DNA of 61,923 nucleotides, filler included, from Bonamia ostreae (lineage: Eukaryota): the NCBI GenBank assembly GCA_040357525.1. It is 26 parts of 26 records of this genome, joined end to end, with 100 filler letters (N's around TTAATTAATTAA, not from the genome) between each part and the next. Parts side by side here need not be neighbours in the genome. Positions count along the whole stretch, not along the records: positions 1 to 2,314 come from JBDODL010000910.1; positions 2,415 to 4,725 come from JBDODL010000911.1; positions 4,826 to 7,131 come from JBDODL010000912.1; positions 7,232 to 9,535 come from JBDODL010000913.1; positions 9,636 to 11,933 come from JBDODL010000914.1; positions 12,034 to 14,331 come from JBDODL010000915.1; 20 more parts are not named here. One strand, 5' to 3'. Of the stretch, positions 1 to 13,443 are shown piece after piece. Within the stretch, counting starts at the first letter, position 1. Each line of letters begins with the position of its first letter. The notes under the pieces were generated by a model. The model saw only the letters and a list, made by a program, of their open reading frames with translations. It did not search any database and was not told the origin of the DNA. The translations under genes and the position numbers were made by a program.

Positions 1-804
1 TCAGCAATCGGTTTATCTTTCCTTAAATTAAAAAAATAAAACGCCATTAACTTTGTACAGGTTTGTTTGGTCTTTTTATCAAATATGTATAACAATATAA
101 ACCCATTTTGCTATTCTTATTTTTTATTCAAAGTTAATTTCAACATTTTTTATTTACTCGTTTTTTTAATTAAAATACGATTGAAAGCCAAAAAAAACTG
201 AAAGTCGACGCTGCTAAAGAAATCGTTGTAGAAAAAATTATCGACGATTTTAAAGAGTCACTAAAGGTGTACGATGATTCAAAGACAAAGTTATGAACAC
301 AAGTGATGGAGAGACAGTCACTTCTTGAAGATATCTTTCCAACATTGTTGTATTTTCGCTTTTTCAACTATATTCAACGTTCGTCTCATTAGCGACTTGC
401 GTTTCTTGAAATTATCTGCATAAAAACTTAATGCTTTTGTTAATAGCTGTAATTTGCTCCACATCACAAATATTCCCAACATTAACGCTTTTGATTTTTG
501 CTTGTTTTTGTCTCCTTTGTTAAAAAAGTTTTTTATTTTTCTCATTCAATGCTTTGTTATTTTGTATTTTTTGTAACAATAAATTTATAGATTTTGATTT
601 TAATGCAAATAATTCTGACCGCCATTTTTGCCATAAAAATTCATTTTATAGCAATTTTAGACAGTCACATTTTTTTAAATTGCGAAGGATGAATTAAATT
701 TAATATGTGCACTACAAAAAAGAAGCAGTTAAATTTTCCGGGAAGGTCAAATTTGCAAAATTACTTTGCAAAGAAAATTAAAATTGATAAAACATAAATT
801 TAAT

Positions 805-1227
805 TTACTCAAACAAATCATATTTTTGTCTATTCTTCTCCGGACTTTTCTCGGAATTTTTAGCCAGTGATATAAACATAAACGCGGCAGTTGCAACAAA
901 GACTAAATATCTTATTTTGAAAATTCCATATTTTTTAAATATCGAGCTATTTTCCAAAGACATTTTGCTATTTTCCATATTAATTTTGTCTGCGCCATTA
1001 ACTTTGCTAATTCTATTAACTAATTTAGCTCTTAAAATTTTCTTCATTTCGTTTAAAAAATTTTCGAAAAGTTGATTTATCCCAAACAAATCGCCATTAT
1101 TATCGAATTCCATTAATGTGACCAACATTTTGAGAAGATCAAAATTTAATATTTTGATATTTTCAGTGCACATTTTTTCATAAATGGGCGCAATTTCATT
1201 CAAACAATAATTGATTTCTAAAATCAA
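805..1227 (-). CDS. Hypothetical protein fragment with C-terminal hydrophobic segment
   Basis: 140-aa ORF in very AT-rich DNA with a TM-like stretch (YLVFVATAAFMFISLA); no family recognised. Confidence 0.35.
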   Translation of the reverse strand: MILEINYCLNEIAPIYEKMCTENIKILNFDLLKMLVTLMEFDNNGDLFGINQLFENFLNEMKKILRAKLVNRISKVNGADKINMENSKMSLENSSIFKKYGIFKIRYLVFVATAAFMFISLAKNSEKSPEKNRQKYDLFE

Positions 1228-2314
1228 TTGATTTTTGTTTTGGAGATTATTTCCGTTTATCGAAAAAAGATTTAGAAAATTTAACTTTGAACAGAACTTT
1301 CGGATTAATGATTTTTGACTTTTGAGCTCTTCAAATTTTTTCTAATTTTTTCTTGAAAAAACTATTTTCTGTTTTAGCAGACTTACGCAGATTTTCAATT
1401 TGCCAAAATTTGCGTCTTTGCAATTTTCTGCATTTTTCGTTTTGCTGTTTATGCCGTATCTCTATTTTCAACCAAAATATTTTAAAAATGGCAAATTCAA
1501 ATATTTATTTTTAACCTTGTTAACAAAATCGATGATTTCAGACTGTTTAACAAACTTTCTTTCGCAAATTAAAAATGGCGGATAACCTAAATGATTATAC
1601 AAAAATAACCGCCGAGATGCGAAAAAGTGTTTTTGTCAAAGGAACGCAAACGGAAACCGATTCCAAAATATTTCAGATGAAGCAAAATCTTAAATGAATT
1701 TTTATCGACTACAAAATTTGAGTCTTTTTCGTTTTCCGTCAAATCTTAATTTTAACAAATTCCGAATTTTAGTAAAATCGATCGAGAAAATTTAAATTTT
1801 GTTTAAAATTATTTTAGAATTTTGGCTAAAACCGGATAATTTTATTCCGAAATTTAGTTTACTAGTAATTTTGTTTGTACCAACAAAGAGGATTAAATCG
1901 GCCATAAGTTACAGAATGCTAAATTTTAATAGTTGAAACCAATATACTTTAGACATAACATTCGGCAATAAAAAATTTATACAATACTTTGATAGATTGT
2001 GGCAAATTAATGGACGAAGAAACAAACTACAAAGCATATAACAAAGTTTCAAAATCATAAAAATCCGAAAATGACCGATATTTTCAAAAATCTAAAATAT
2101 TTTTTTGCAAAGTTGAGCAAAAAGGAAAAATCAGAATTAGAAAAAAGTAATCTTGAGATGTTTTCGGACTTTAAACAAGAATACGACGACAAAGCGCAAA
2201 ATCTCATGTACCAGATAATGCCGAGCAAAATCAAAACTTTAAACGACATTTTTAACGTTAAAACTCATTTTCGACATTTTAATAATTTCCAAAAATTTTC
2301 GATTACGAAAAACA

Positions 2315-2414
2315 NNNNNNNNNNNNNNNNNNNNNNNNNNNNNNNNNNNNNNNNNNNNTTAATTAATTAANNNNNNNNNNNNNNNNNNNNNNNNNNNNNN
2401 NNNNNNNNNNNNNN
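2315..2414. other. Artificial contig spacer N44-TTAATTAATTAA-N44 (first of 25, recurring about every 2.4 kb)
   Basis: Identical 100-nt spacer with stops in all six frames; flanking contigs shrink steadily from ~2311 to ~2267 nt, i.e. a size-sorted concatenation. Confidence 0.99.
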
Positions 2415-4725
2415 GGCGAACGATCCTGAAAACGGAAAATCTACGAGGCTAATAGTGAAAAACTTGCCGAAACATTTAAATGAAAAAAGGTTGACAACCA
2501 TCTTTAGCAAACATGGTGCAGTGACAGATGCTAAAATAATCAAAAGAAACAAAAAGTCTCGATTATTCGGTTTCATTGGATACAAAGATATTGAAACAGC
2601 AACTGAAGCGAAGAATTATTTTGATAAAACGTATATTGACACCTCAAAAATTCTAGTTGAATTCGCATTAAAACCATCTGTTTTTAATAATGGCAAAATG
2701 CCCAAAAACTAAACTTCAATGATTCTTAAAAATTAGGATTGCTCAGTGGCATGGTCGAAATATTCAAGTAACACGAAGAACAAAAGATCCAAAAATTTTA
2801 AAATAACCAAAAAGCAAAAAACAACAAAATCAGAAGACGAACACAAAATTGTCGAAAAATCAGAAGACGAAGAATTTAATCAATTTCTGGAAGTAATGCG
2901 CCCTAAAACGTCACTGAAACAATTTGTAAAAGGCGAAAAAGAACAACCGTTGAGCAAAATTGACAAAACTTCTCCCAAAAACGACTCAGAAAACGACAAA
3001 AATTTATCACTAAAAAGCACTCGAAAAAAAAGAATTTTTGTATTAAACATTCCATATTCGGCCACAGAAAAAGAAATTGCAGATTTCTTTTCTGTCTATG
3101 GCAACATTGAAGAGGTACATCTTCCCCAAGATATGTTAAACCGTTCAAAGGGATTTTGTTTTGTACGTTTTGTGGACACTAATTCGGTGCAAAAAATCTT
3201 AACAGAGCAAAAAGTAATATTTCAGGGCAGATTATTGCGAATAAAAGTTGCTGCAAACAATCCAAACGAAAATTTTGATGTTTTTACATTAAAATTTTTA
3301 CATTAAAATTTTTTTTCAAGTCAAAAAAAGTCTTTAAAAGACATTTTTAAGTTTTTTGTTTGTCCCAATTTTCGATATTTGTTTGTTGCAAAATTTAAAA
3401 AAAAAGATATTTTCGATATTAATAAAAAAAGATGGACGACAAAAACTACAAAAAAACGAAAATGAGAAAAATAAGAAAGGATTATCAAAAAGCGCCGAAA
3501 AATTATTGGAACAATCTCTTTCTTCGTTCTGACACAATCGCGGATGTGGTAGCAAAAGAAAAGAACATTTCAAAAGAAGATTTACTGAAAGACGACGACA
3601 AACAAAGCGCTGTAATTTCCACAACTATTTTTAAAGGCGGTCAAAATGGCGTTGAGCGAGACTAAAGTCATTTCCGAGACGAAAGACTATCTCATCAAAA
3701 ACGGTGTTAACGAAGATATTTTTTCTTTAGATTCATTGTCTAAATGCAAAAGAAGCAACCGCTGCATCATTGTAAAAAATCTCCCGTTTTCTACGAAAAA
3801 CGGGGAAATCGAAGAAGTGTTTACAAAACATGGCGCCGTCGATCGCATTTTGGTGCCACCCTCCAAAGCCTTAGCGATTATTTTGTTTATGGATTTTTTG
3901 GATGCAAAAAAAGCGTTGGATTCAATAATTTTTTAGGTACCAATTATTAGCTTACAGAAAATTCAAAAATGTGCCGTTATATTTGGAATGGGCGCCCGAA
4001 AATATTTTTTCGAGCAAATCAAATGTGCAAATGGACAAAAGCGAAAAAGCGACTAACAACAAAAACAAAAACGAGAGAATTTCTGGATTTTCTGGATTTT
4101 CGGTTCAATCTGAAAGTTGCACTGTTTTCGTGAAAAATATCAGTTTCCACACAAAAACGGAAAAACTGAGAAAGCTTTTTTCCACTGTAGAAGGATTTCT
4201 TTCGGCGACTGTTAAGACTAAAAAAATTATTGATGAAAAAACGTTTAGATTACGGACCATTTTTGTAGCTTTAAGAATATATGTAATGTCGTAATTTGTG
4301 TAAATATTTTGCAAATAATGGTAACAGATCAAATTTATAATAAAGTTTTGATCAAAATAATTTTTTGAAAGTTTGTAAAATAACAATTTTAAAAAATGGA
4401 CAGAAAAAAGCTAAAAGAACTGAGCTTGGGATACGGATTTATAGAATTCGACAATTCTGAGAATGCAAAGAAGGCCATTAAAACTTTGCACAACGTAAAA
4501 TTAGACGGACATGAATTGAGATTAAGCTTTTCATATAGCTCGACAGGACTGAAAAAGGATACAAAAAATGACGATGATATCAACTCTAAACTAATAATTA
4601 AAAATCTCCCGTTTGAAGCTACTTCCAATGAGCTTAAGCAACTTTTCGGTGAATTCGGAGTGATTAAATCATGCAGATTGCCAAAGCGAACTCAAAGCCA
4701 CCGCGGATTCGCGTTTATAGAATTC
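2415..4725 (+). CDS. RBM19: Multi-RRM ribosome biogenesis factor RBM19/Mrd1 (partial, spliced)
   Basis: Several RRMs (RLIVKNLP..FGFIG, KGFCFVRF, GYGFIEF, HRGFAFIEF) and the family motifs AWSKYS, WNNLF, AVKMALSET, AYRKFKNVPLYLEWAP. Frame is restored by GT-AG introns at 2680-2736, 3280-3431, 3612-3636, 3915-3936 and 4243-4403. Confidence 0.93.
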
Positions 4726-5487
4726 NNNNNNNNNNNNNNNNNNNNNNNNNNNNNNNNNNNNNNNNNNNNTTAATTAATTAANNNNNNNNNNNNNNNNNNN
4801 NNNNNNNNNNNNNNNNNNNNNNNNNTTTTATCTCAAAATTTCATTTCTTTTTATCTCAAAATTTCAAATTTTTATTTTGTTAAAATTTCATTTTTTATTT
4901 ATAAAACCCGTCGCGTTCGACAGCCATCCGGCGAACAACCTTAAATAAATAAGGATCTGCAACCGATATCGATCCGGCTCATCCAAAAACTCGTTGAGGA
5001 TCTCACTGAGCCGTGGAAACTTGTGCTCTGTAATGATCTTCTCCGGATGCTTCGATATGCTGTAAGTGTTTCCACTACGCGTTATCCTCTTTATTTTTGT
5101 GTTCTTTGCTGCCAGAAGACGATCTTTGAGCTCTTCGAACTCTTTTTCCGGAAACGGTTCTTTAATTTTAAACGCGAAAACCGAAATTTTTCAGCACTTT
5201 TTGGCGATATTTTTCGCTATAAATCTCGACGCCTTCGATCTTCACCAAATTGTCGTTGTCCAAACTTTGTGTTCGCTCTTCTTCCGGGTTGAATTCCGGA
5301 TATCTTAGCTCTGCAGCTTTTGGTGATTGGACAAAATTTAAAATCGATCGCAAATTTGTCAAAATTTGTTAAAAACATCGCAATTTTTCATTTTTGATCA
5401 CAGAACATTTTCCCATTTTTACTTTATTCGTCGCCATTTTGGACTTTCGGTCTGATTTTCCCACTTTTCTCTTTTTGTTCGAAAATC

Positions 5488-6962
5488 TCAAATTCTCTGA
5501 AAATTCGATTTCGGCCTTGAAATGAACGAAGGAACCAGATTAGTTTGACAGTTTGAACACAAAAATCGCGTCGTCCTCTCTTCGAAGTCGATTCTGAAGA
5601 CGTTCTCTTTTCCACATTCCGCGCAGTCGCGAGCCAAAGTTTTCGCGGGCGACGTCGCGATCTTCTCGAAAATATAAATCCTTTTCGCGACTTCGGCCGA
5701 TTTCGCCCGAAGCTCCGCCACCGCTTCGCCGATTTTCCGGTTCGTCGTGTTCCGGCTCGACAGAATTTCGCTTTGGCGTTTTTCGTTCTCAGCTTTAACG
5801 CGCAGCCGTTCGGCGAGAACAACTGCGACGTCCTGTTTCGCCGAGGCGATTTGTGTTTTGTATTTTTTCCGCCCGATCTTCGCCTCTTTCAGAAACGCGT
5901 TGTAACTGTTCTAAAAGTTGTTTGTCGGAACGATGTCTTTCAGTGAATCCGATTTGGCTTGCGCGAACTTTGCGATTTTGAGGACAGTCGAAAGCAGATT
6001 TTTTGAGTGTTCGCTCGCCTGGAACTGGCGATGTTTGACCTGCGAGATTTTTCCCAAGTGCTCTGGCTTTTTTCTGCGCTTTTCCTCCGTTTCGACTTTT
6101 TCGGCGAAGACGGCGAAATGGTCTTTCCGCGAGACGGCTTGCGAGATTTCGTTCCGCAGTTGTTTTATTTTGCTCCGGAGCTTTTATTTTGTTCAGAAAA
6201 CGATGTGGAACGACTTTATCAAATGGTTGAACTTGGCCTCTTCGGCCGAGACCGACTCGTTGAGCGAGATCTTCTTTCCTTCGATGAAGAACCTGTCCTT
6301 TTCGAGACTTTCATTGATCGCTTCGAGGACGCGTTCTTGTCTTTCTATTTCGTCCAAGTGCTCGATTTCGCGTTTTTTGAGTTCGGACGTCTTCTCTTTG
6401 AGAATGGCGATTCTTTCGCGGGACTTTTGATCGTCGAAGGAAAGTTCGTTCTTCTTCACGATGAGGCTGTTCAACGATTCTTCGAGTTTCTTGCTTCGTC
6501 TGTTCTCCCATTTTAGTTTTTCTAACTCGGTTTTCATCGTTTTGTATTCTGAAATCTTCGTGTTTTCCAAGTTTTCGAACGGTTTTCTGTTCGTCGAATC
6601 GCCCAGTTGCTCTTCGTAGTTTTGCTGTTTCTGGACTTGTAAAAGTAAACCGAATCGATTTTTAGTATCGAATTCTGCAATTTTCTGATTTTGCTTTGCT
6701 TTGCGTTCAGCTTTTCGGCGTGCTCTTCTTCCGAAGTGTCGTTTTCGCTCTTCTTTTTCAGTCTGTTGTATTGTTTCAGCAAGGAAGAGTATCTGATCAT
6801 AAAGGGCTTCTCTTCTCCGTCTTGGCCTAAAATTTTGTAATTAGCCAATATCCTGTTGGTCGGAGAATCGTTGTTTTTGAAAAGAATGTCCTTTTGGTTC
6901 AATGTCGAAACTTTTTCAAAGGCGGACAGGGAAACTAGAAGGGCGTCTTTTGCTTCCTCCAT
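5488..6962 (-). CDS. Long coiled-coil protein with C-terminal CxxC...CxxC zinc ribbon (spliced)
   Basis: E/K-rich ORFs 6534-6962 and 6193-6570 can be joined through 21-26 nt GT-AG introns to the frame ending CAECGK..FLCSNCQ at 5488. Confidence 0.55.
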
Positions 6963-7231
6963 TATATTCTTTAATATGATCTAAAATTGGCACTATATAA
7001 CATGCCGGTTAAATCGCTATTTAGACAAGAATGCTAGAACTGTCGATGTCCTCAATAACTGAAGCTTGGCAAATATGTAGCGGTGTAGAGATTTGATTAA
7101 ATCCAAATTTGTTTTAATAAATCGCCAGCTTNNNNNNNNNNNNNNNNNNNNNNNNNNNNNNNNNNNNNNNNNNNNTTAATTAATTAANNNNNNNNNNNNN
7201 NNNNNNNNNNNNNNNNNNNNNNNNNNNNNNN

Positions 7232-9369
7232 ATATCCTTCAATTATTTTTTGAACAGATATAGATTTCAGTAAAAATTTCGTTAATTTTTTTGTTTCTAA
7301 ACTAAGTAAATTTTTTTGTTTTGTATATCCTCTCATGTATCTTTTATTCATACTTTGCCAAATCTCCTCCAATTTCGTATTTATTTTATCTGGTTTATAA
7401 AACTTTAACTGGTATTTAAAGTTCTCAATATGGTTAATAACACACAAATTCGTTTTTTCTTTTAGAGAAATATACTTATTAATATCCTTCAAATTTATTA
7501 ATATGAACATCAAAAATATCTTTTTGATTATTTGCAAAGTCTTCATATTTTATAAACTGTTTAAGACACATATATTTCTTTCTAAAATAATCATTCTTGC
7601 TTATTAATGAAAAATTTATCCAGCTTTGTTGCCTTTCATATTCTTTCGTGAGCGATTTAATCTTAAATATGTATATAAATATTACTTTTCTAGGTTTATT
7701 ATAAAATTTTTCATGAAAAAGTGGAAATGTATCATTTTTAAAAGCTATGTTCATTATGTTTAGTCCCGATTTATCTGGAGGCATACAATCGTATTGGGCC
7801 TTGACTTTATTAAATTAAACTTTATGAATAAGAGTTGAATCTTTGATAAAATCACTTTCGGTATTATTTTGTATCTTTTCGTCGAAATACAAGACCCTTG
7901 AATCCAAAACATCCTATAAGTGTTGTTTAAAACATCTTTTAAACTTTCTAGAACCATATCTATAAAAGATTGGAACATTTGAGTATTCGATAACGATGTA
8001 AAAAATTTTTTTGTATCCTCAGTCTTTGAACTTATGAATTTTTCTTTATCGAAAAGTTTTATTTCTTACATATAATTTATATTACTTTTATCTGCATCAT
8101 ACACGATTGCTTTCCTATAATTTTCTAAAATGCATCCAAAAAATTCAATGAATGCTTCACGAATTTTGTAAATTTTGTAATTATATTCTAAGTTCTTTTA
8201 ATTTAAGTTTGTTTACCTTGATTCTTTTATCTTTTTTATTTTTGTTTTCAATCTAATATATTTTTTAATAACTAGTTTTTTGACTTTTTTCTGCAATTTT
8301 TTTGATAAGGATTCTGGAATTAAATCCAAATGCCTGCACTTAAATATGTTAATTGAATTTTCGTCTAAATCAATGATAATCGTATCTGAAAGTTGCATAT
8401 CTTGTCTAAGTTGAGATTTTAATATACCTTAAACATTAATAATAAAACCACATATAAATGGAATAGGTGCTACTAGATAATCAATATAATATATTGGAAG
8501 AACTGGAATGTATATGTGCATCCAGTTAAATGGAAAAATTAAAGTACGATATGATTCGGTGACACAAGTTAATTTAGAAATATCATTTGATAAAAATATT
8601 ATCCTTTTATTATTAATATTTTAAACCTTTTTTCATTCAAAATTCCAGATAAGCAATGGATTATATTATTAACACTCAAGCAATTAAATAATTTTAAAAA
8701 ATCGTAATGTAGATAGTTCAGCTCGTTTGGAGGAGCTCTGGTAAAAACTTGCTCTAAACCACTGAAAGATATAGTTTTAACTTTAATTTTTCCCCACGGA
8801 GGAAGAGGAACTTCAAAAATATAATTCGAAACAACTCTTTCGATTGGTATTTCACTAATTTAAATATTTAAAACTATTCATCGAACAAAACAACATCATT
8901 CCTTTTATTTTTGTCAGCCATTGTTCTTTCATATAATCCAGAAAGAAATTTTTTAAAATTGTCGAAAAATGGCCAATGAGAAGATATACATATCCCACGA
9001 TAGGTACTTTAAAAGTTTTGTTTATAATAGGATTATTGATTATTTGGAAACAGTGTTTACACGATTCCGGTAATTAAAACCTGTTAGACTCCTTATACAA
9101 TAAGCAAGATCCATATATCATACTTGCATTTTTTTCAGTAAGAATAAAAAAATGTTCTGAATTATTTTTAGAGGGAAGATACTTGCTTTCGTATGGATAA
9201 CAAAACTGCATTTTAATAAAAAAAAATCCACCTTTGCAATATTTTTGGGAAATACAGCGTCGTCGTGATCATTAAAAGGGTATCTTGATATAACTTTCGG
9301 AACTTTAGATTCACTTTTGTATTCAACTATGACAACATAATCACAAACTCTATCAGGAAGAGAATTCAT
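7232..9369 (-). CDS. DENN-domain Rab GEF (uDENN-DENN-dDENN), 3' truncated
   Basis: Spliced translation gives VISRYP..FP..IAKFCYP, YGSCL, GICISSHWPFF, EVPLPP, LIFPFNWMHIYIPVLP and APIPFICG. Introns at 9206-9231, 8855-8874, 8604-8626 and 8428-8448. Confidence 0.88.
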
Positions 9370-9634
9370 TTATAGATTTTACATATACAATAGTTTTATC
9401 GTTATTTGATAGAATTTACATTTTAGTGATACAAAATAGGATAAAAATTAGATAGTTTGTATACTGAAATACGGTAAATGAGAGGTAAGCAGTTTTTATT
9501 TTAGAAAAGATTGACAACACGTCATTTTAATTATANNNNNNNNNNNNNNNNNNNNNNNNNNNNNNNNNNNNNNNNNNNNTTAATTAATTAANNNNNNNNN
9601 NNNNNNNNNNNNNNNNNNNNNNNNNNNNNNNNNN

Positions 9635-11854
9635 NGACAAAACTAGCGATTTTTAAAGTTGCAAGATTTTAACAAAGAAAAATCAAAAAGCAGTTCTTTG
9701 CAACAATTTCGACATTGATTCTACATACATTACAGACATTGCAAAACTCTGCACAGAAAATCGAGCGGGCACCCGAAAGACGAGCGCATGTACACCGCCT
9801 TGACTTGTACCACCACATCTTCTCCGCGTTCGATTTTGAGTCTGATTTGGGCCCTCAAAACCGGGTTGCTCTTTTCGACGCGCAGCCGAGACACCACTTT
9901 CGAGTCGATTTTGAACTCGACGCGCGCTTCCTTCGAGCGGCAGAGCGGCACGCAAAGTTTTCGATCCAACGCCGCGGCCCACGCAGAGCCGCCCGGGGCG
10001 CACTTCACCTCGACGGCGACTTTCAAGACGGACTTCCCCTCGTTTCGCACTCGGATGGCGCGAGACACGCTCACGCCGAAATACATTTTTGCGAATTCGA
10101 GCGCCGTCGGGAAAACGGAGAGCTTCGGGCGCAGCACTTTTTTGAGCGCGCCGATTTTCGCGCCGATCCGCGCGGCGAAGTCGGCGAGGGCGGCTGGCTC
10201 GAAAGAGCGGAAACGGGCGGCGAAGAGCGCGCAGACGGGTTTGTGGTCGGAGACGCGCACTGCGGAGACGGAATCGTACTCCAAAAGAGAGAGCCGGTTG
10301 GATTTGAAGAGCACACGGTCGCACCAAGCGGGCATTCTGTGATTTAAATTGGACGAACCGCTGTTTTCCGTCTTCAGATTTGTCGTAGTTGGCCAAAGTG
10401 CCGGGAACGAATTTGTAGGTGGGGGCGAAGGCAATTTCGCCTTCGGTGAATTCTGCGAAGACGCTGTTGCGGGAGCGTTCGTTGTTAAGCTGGAATGGCG
10501 GTGAAAATAAAACTTGGTCGTTTTGGGCCAGTTCATTGAGCTCTCCGCGATCGATGAGACTGAAGACGTATCCGAGTTCAGACTCGTTTTTGAGCTGAAG
10601 TCGGTAGTTTAGATCGCCGAACCAGATGACGGTGCTTTAGCGAATTTTTGGTTTAAAATTATTTTTTTGCGCTCGTTAATTTTGCGAAAAAAGCAAAAAG
10701 TTTTTAAACGCAACAATGAAGTTTTTTTATTGAAAAGTTTTGTAACAAAGCAAAAGTTTTTTAAAAGTTTTTTAGCGCAACAAAAAAGTTTTTTTATTGA
10801 AAAGTTTTGTAACAAATCAAAAATTCTTATATTTAAAAGTTTTGTAACAGAGCAAAAAGTTTTTTAAAGTTTTTAAACGTAGCAATAAAGTTCTTTTAAT
10901 TTAAAAGTTTTGTAACAAATCACAAAGTTTTTAAACGCAACAATAAAGTTGTTTTATTTAAAAGTTTTGTAACAAAAGTTTTTTGGCTAAAATTTCGCAG
11001 CAAAATTAAAAACTCGCTGTTGAGCAGAGCACCTCCAATTCGATAATCCCATTTATTAAGTTTGAAGTCGAGTTTTTCCACACTCAAATCTTCACATTAC
11101 AAAGCAAACGGAAATCGCTGTTGCGGTCGTCCACGTTTGTTTTCCCGGAGGCGAAATGCGACGTCACAAAACAAATCGACGCGTCCATCAAATTGAGCCG
11201 CACCGCCACGCTCCCTTTGTTGCCCTTTTATACAAAATTTGCTCGAATCGACAAAACAAGTGTTCTCATCACTCCCAGCGCGACTGTTTTTACTTCGACG
11301 CCTGAAATCTGCCGAGCGACTTCCTTGCGCGCGAAGACGAGCAGAGCGAGTCCCATCATGTTTTTGTCCGCCATTAGCACGAACTCGAGACCACTTTTCC
11401 GCAGACTTTGCTTTATCGCCTCCCTCCACACACGCAGCAGTGGCTCCCACCCGCTCCAAAGCGATGCCGCGATCGACCCCGCGCGCATCTCCACCAGCTC
11501 TTGCAGCCCCACCGCGAACAAGTCCGCGTCGCCGGTGTCGAAAACCGCGCGGAGTTCCTTCGGAGGGCCTTTCCCGGAAGCGTTGAAAGTGACCACTTTT
11601 ATCTTGAGCGTCTTCGGGACGGTAGTCTGTTCCAGTTCGCAGGCGAAAAGAGCGGCGAGATTGTCGGGTGGATTTTCTGTGGAAGGCGGGGGGAGTCCGA
11701 AGGGGTCGTTTTCAGCGGCGATAACTTGTTCGTTTTCGTACAATTCTGTGGCGAGAGCGGAATGTTCCGAAAGGAGGAGACGGACCATTTCGCGATTTCT
11801 GAAGAAAGTCGGCGTGTCTGTGTCGGTTTCAATTAAGGGCTCCGATATGTCCAT
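9635..11854 (-). CDS. OCRL: Inositol polyphosphate 5-phosphatase, OCRL/INPP5B-like (catalytic plus ASH-like region)
   Basis: Motifs AVGLQELVEM, WFGDLNYR, FAPTYKF, PAWCDRVL and SDHKPV, followed by an Ig/ASH-like region ending SSFGCPLDFL. Confidence 0.85.
10690..10985. repeat. Degenerate intronic tandem repeat (core AAAAGTTTTGTAACAAA)
   Basis: Core recurs several times inside an intron of the 5-phosphatase gene. Confidence 0.8.
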
Positions 11855-13365
11855 TTTATGCCGTTTGTTTAAGAAAGTGTCAGTTTTTGTTTGCTTTTTC
11901 CAATTTTAGCGTGTTTTTTGTTAAATATTTGGTNNNNNNNNNNNNNNNNNNNNNNNNNNNNNNNNNNNNNNNNNNNNTTAATTAATTAANNNNNNNNNNN
12001 NNNNNNNNNNNNNNNNNNNNNNNNNNNNNNNNNAAAATAAGTAATTGCGAATTTCGAGTATTATTGTAATTATTTCAAGTTTGGCAGATGTCTACTGTAA
12101 TTTCGATGATAAAGAAATCATGTTATTTCAAAGGCATCTACAATCAAGGAGGTTGGAGTTATGTGACGAGAAAATAAATCTTCGTTGAATTAAAAATTGT
12201 AAAAATTGTCCAAAATTTTTAAAAGCGATTTTTTTCTAAATTATAATTCACCAAAATCGCAGTTATAATATCAATCAAAATCGTCATAAAAATTTTTAAA
12301 ATTGTTATTTTGTCTTTGTCACAATTTGACATAATTGTCGTAATAATATTTGTCATAATTGCCATAATCTTTCTTTTTAAAAGGCGACAGCATTTTAAGC
12401 TACGAGATAATGGTTCGTTGAATTGTAAATCTTCGTTAAATTAAATTACTTCGTTAAACAAAATTTTCGTTGTTATTTCTTTTTAGAATGAGATTTACTT
12501 AACACAATCGTCAGTTTATCTCTCTTTCGTCATCGCCAAATTTATAAAAAAAATTTTAGTCAATAAAGATTTAATCAAATCTCTCGTTAAAATATATTTA
12601 TCCTTTGTAGTTATGTCAACGCTTCGTTTTTGAAGATATTTTTGTAGTTAAATCATTTCTAGATAAGATTTATTACGAAATTTTTGAACTTGATATAATT
12701 TTTTTACGAAATTTTTGGATAAAATTTTTTAAATATTGTAAATTTTGCAAATTTTGGAATGCATCGACCAAAAAATTTAAATTCTTCAATTTTTGGTCGT
12801 CCTCTAACTTCTTCATCCATTAACGGAGTGGTGACAATACTGCAATTTATCTGCATTTTTATTCAAAATATTTCCTCTTCGTTTCGAATAGTTTGAATTT
12901 TCTTCTGTAAACAGAACTTGCTTTACTATCAATTTTTGTAGTTTATTCTGTAGTGGTTTAGAGAATTTTGGAATACAGACATTTGAAACACAAATTTGCA
13001 AAAAATTTAAAACGAAATTTTAACAATTCACAACATATTAATGTAATATATTTTAGTAAGCACGTTTACAATTGCCGAAAATTAAAAAGATTAATGTCAG
13101 TTTTAAAAGCATTGAGAATACCCAAAAGTTTCATTTTAAGATTTAAAAATTGCTCGTTGATGATTAAGAACCGCGTCCCAAATTATTTTGTACGAGGAAA
13201 ACAGTTATTTGAAACATCGCGTCTACAAAATCATCCAAAAAACTAATTTGACTTAATGTTTCGAATCACTGTTTTTCTTCGTCATAATAACTCGGGACAA
13301 GTTTTTTTTCGCAATGTTTAAACATCACAACAGCCGAAATAATGTTCCAAGACATAATTTCAGAT

Positions 13366-13443
13366 AAAAGACAGAACCGAGATTCGAACCCATGCACGCA
13401 CGAATGCGTACACTTAGTCCGTACCACTGAGCTATCACGTTCT
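13366..13443 (-). ncRNA. Pol III-type small RNA, vault-RNA-like
   Basis: Minus strand AGAACGTGA-TAGCTCAGTGGTA (box A)-CGGACTAAGT-GTACGCA TTCG TGCGTGC-ATG-GGTTCGAATC (box B)-TCGGTTCTGTC-TTTT. No anticodon arm or D-stem, but the two ends and boxes A/B can pair as a panhandle. Confidence 0.55.

Noticed and set aside
2359-2370. Regularly spaced palindromic TTAATTAATTAA (CRISPR- or satellite-like periodicity)
   Set aside because: Always embedded in N44 runs; an artificial six-frame-stop linker.
3901-3970. Possible stop-codon reassignment, frameshifting or non-GT-AG introns to explain broken ORFs
   Set aside because: Every break examined is resolved by a canonical GT-AG micro-intron, and genes end at TAA or TGA under the standard code.
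9683-11909. Many overlapping long ORFs on both strands (also at 16872-18931 and 44457-45252)
   Set aside because: Stop-poor shadow frames in GC-rich coding islands.
13366-13443. Canonical tRNA (including tRNA-Sec)
   Set aside because: No D-stem complement, no 7-nt anticodon loop or UCA anticodon, and a poor acceptor stem.
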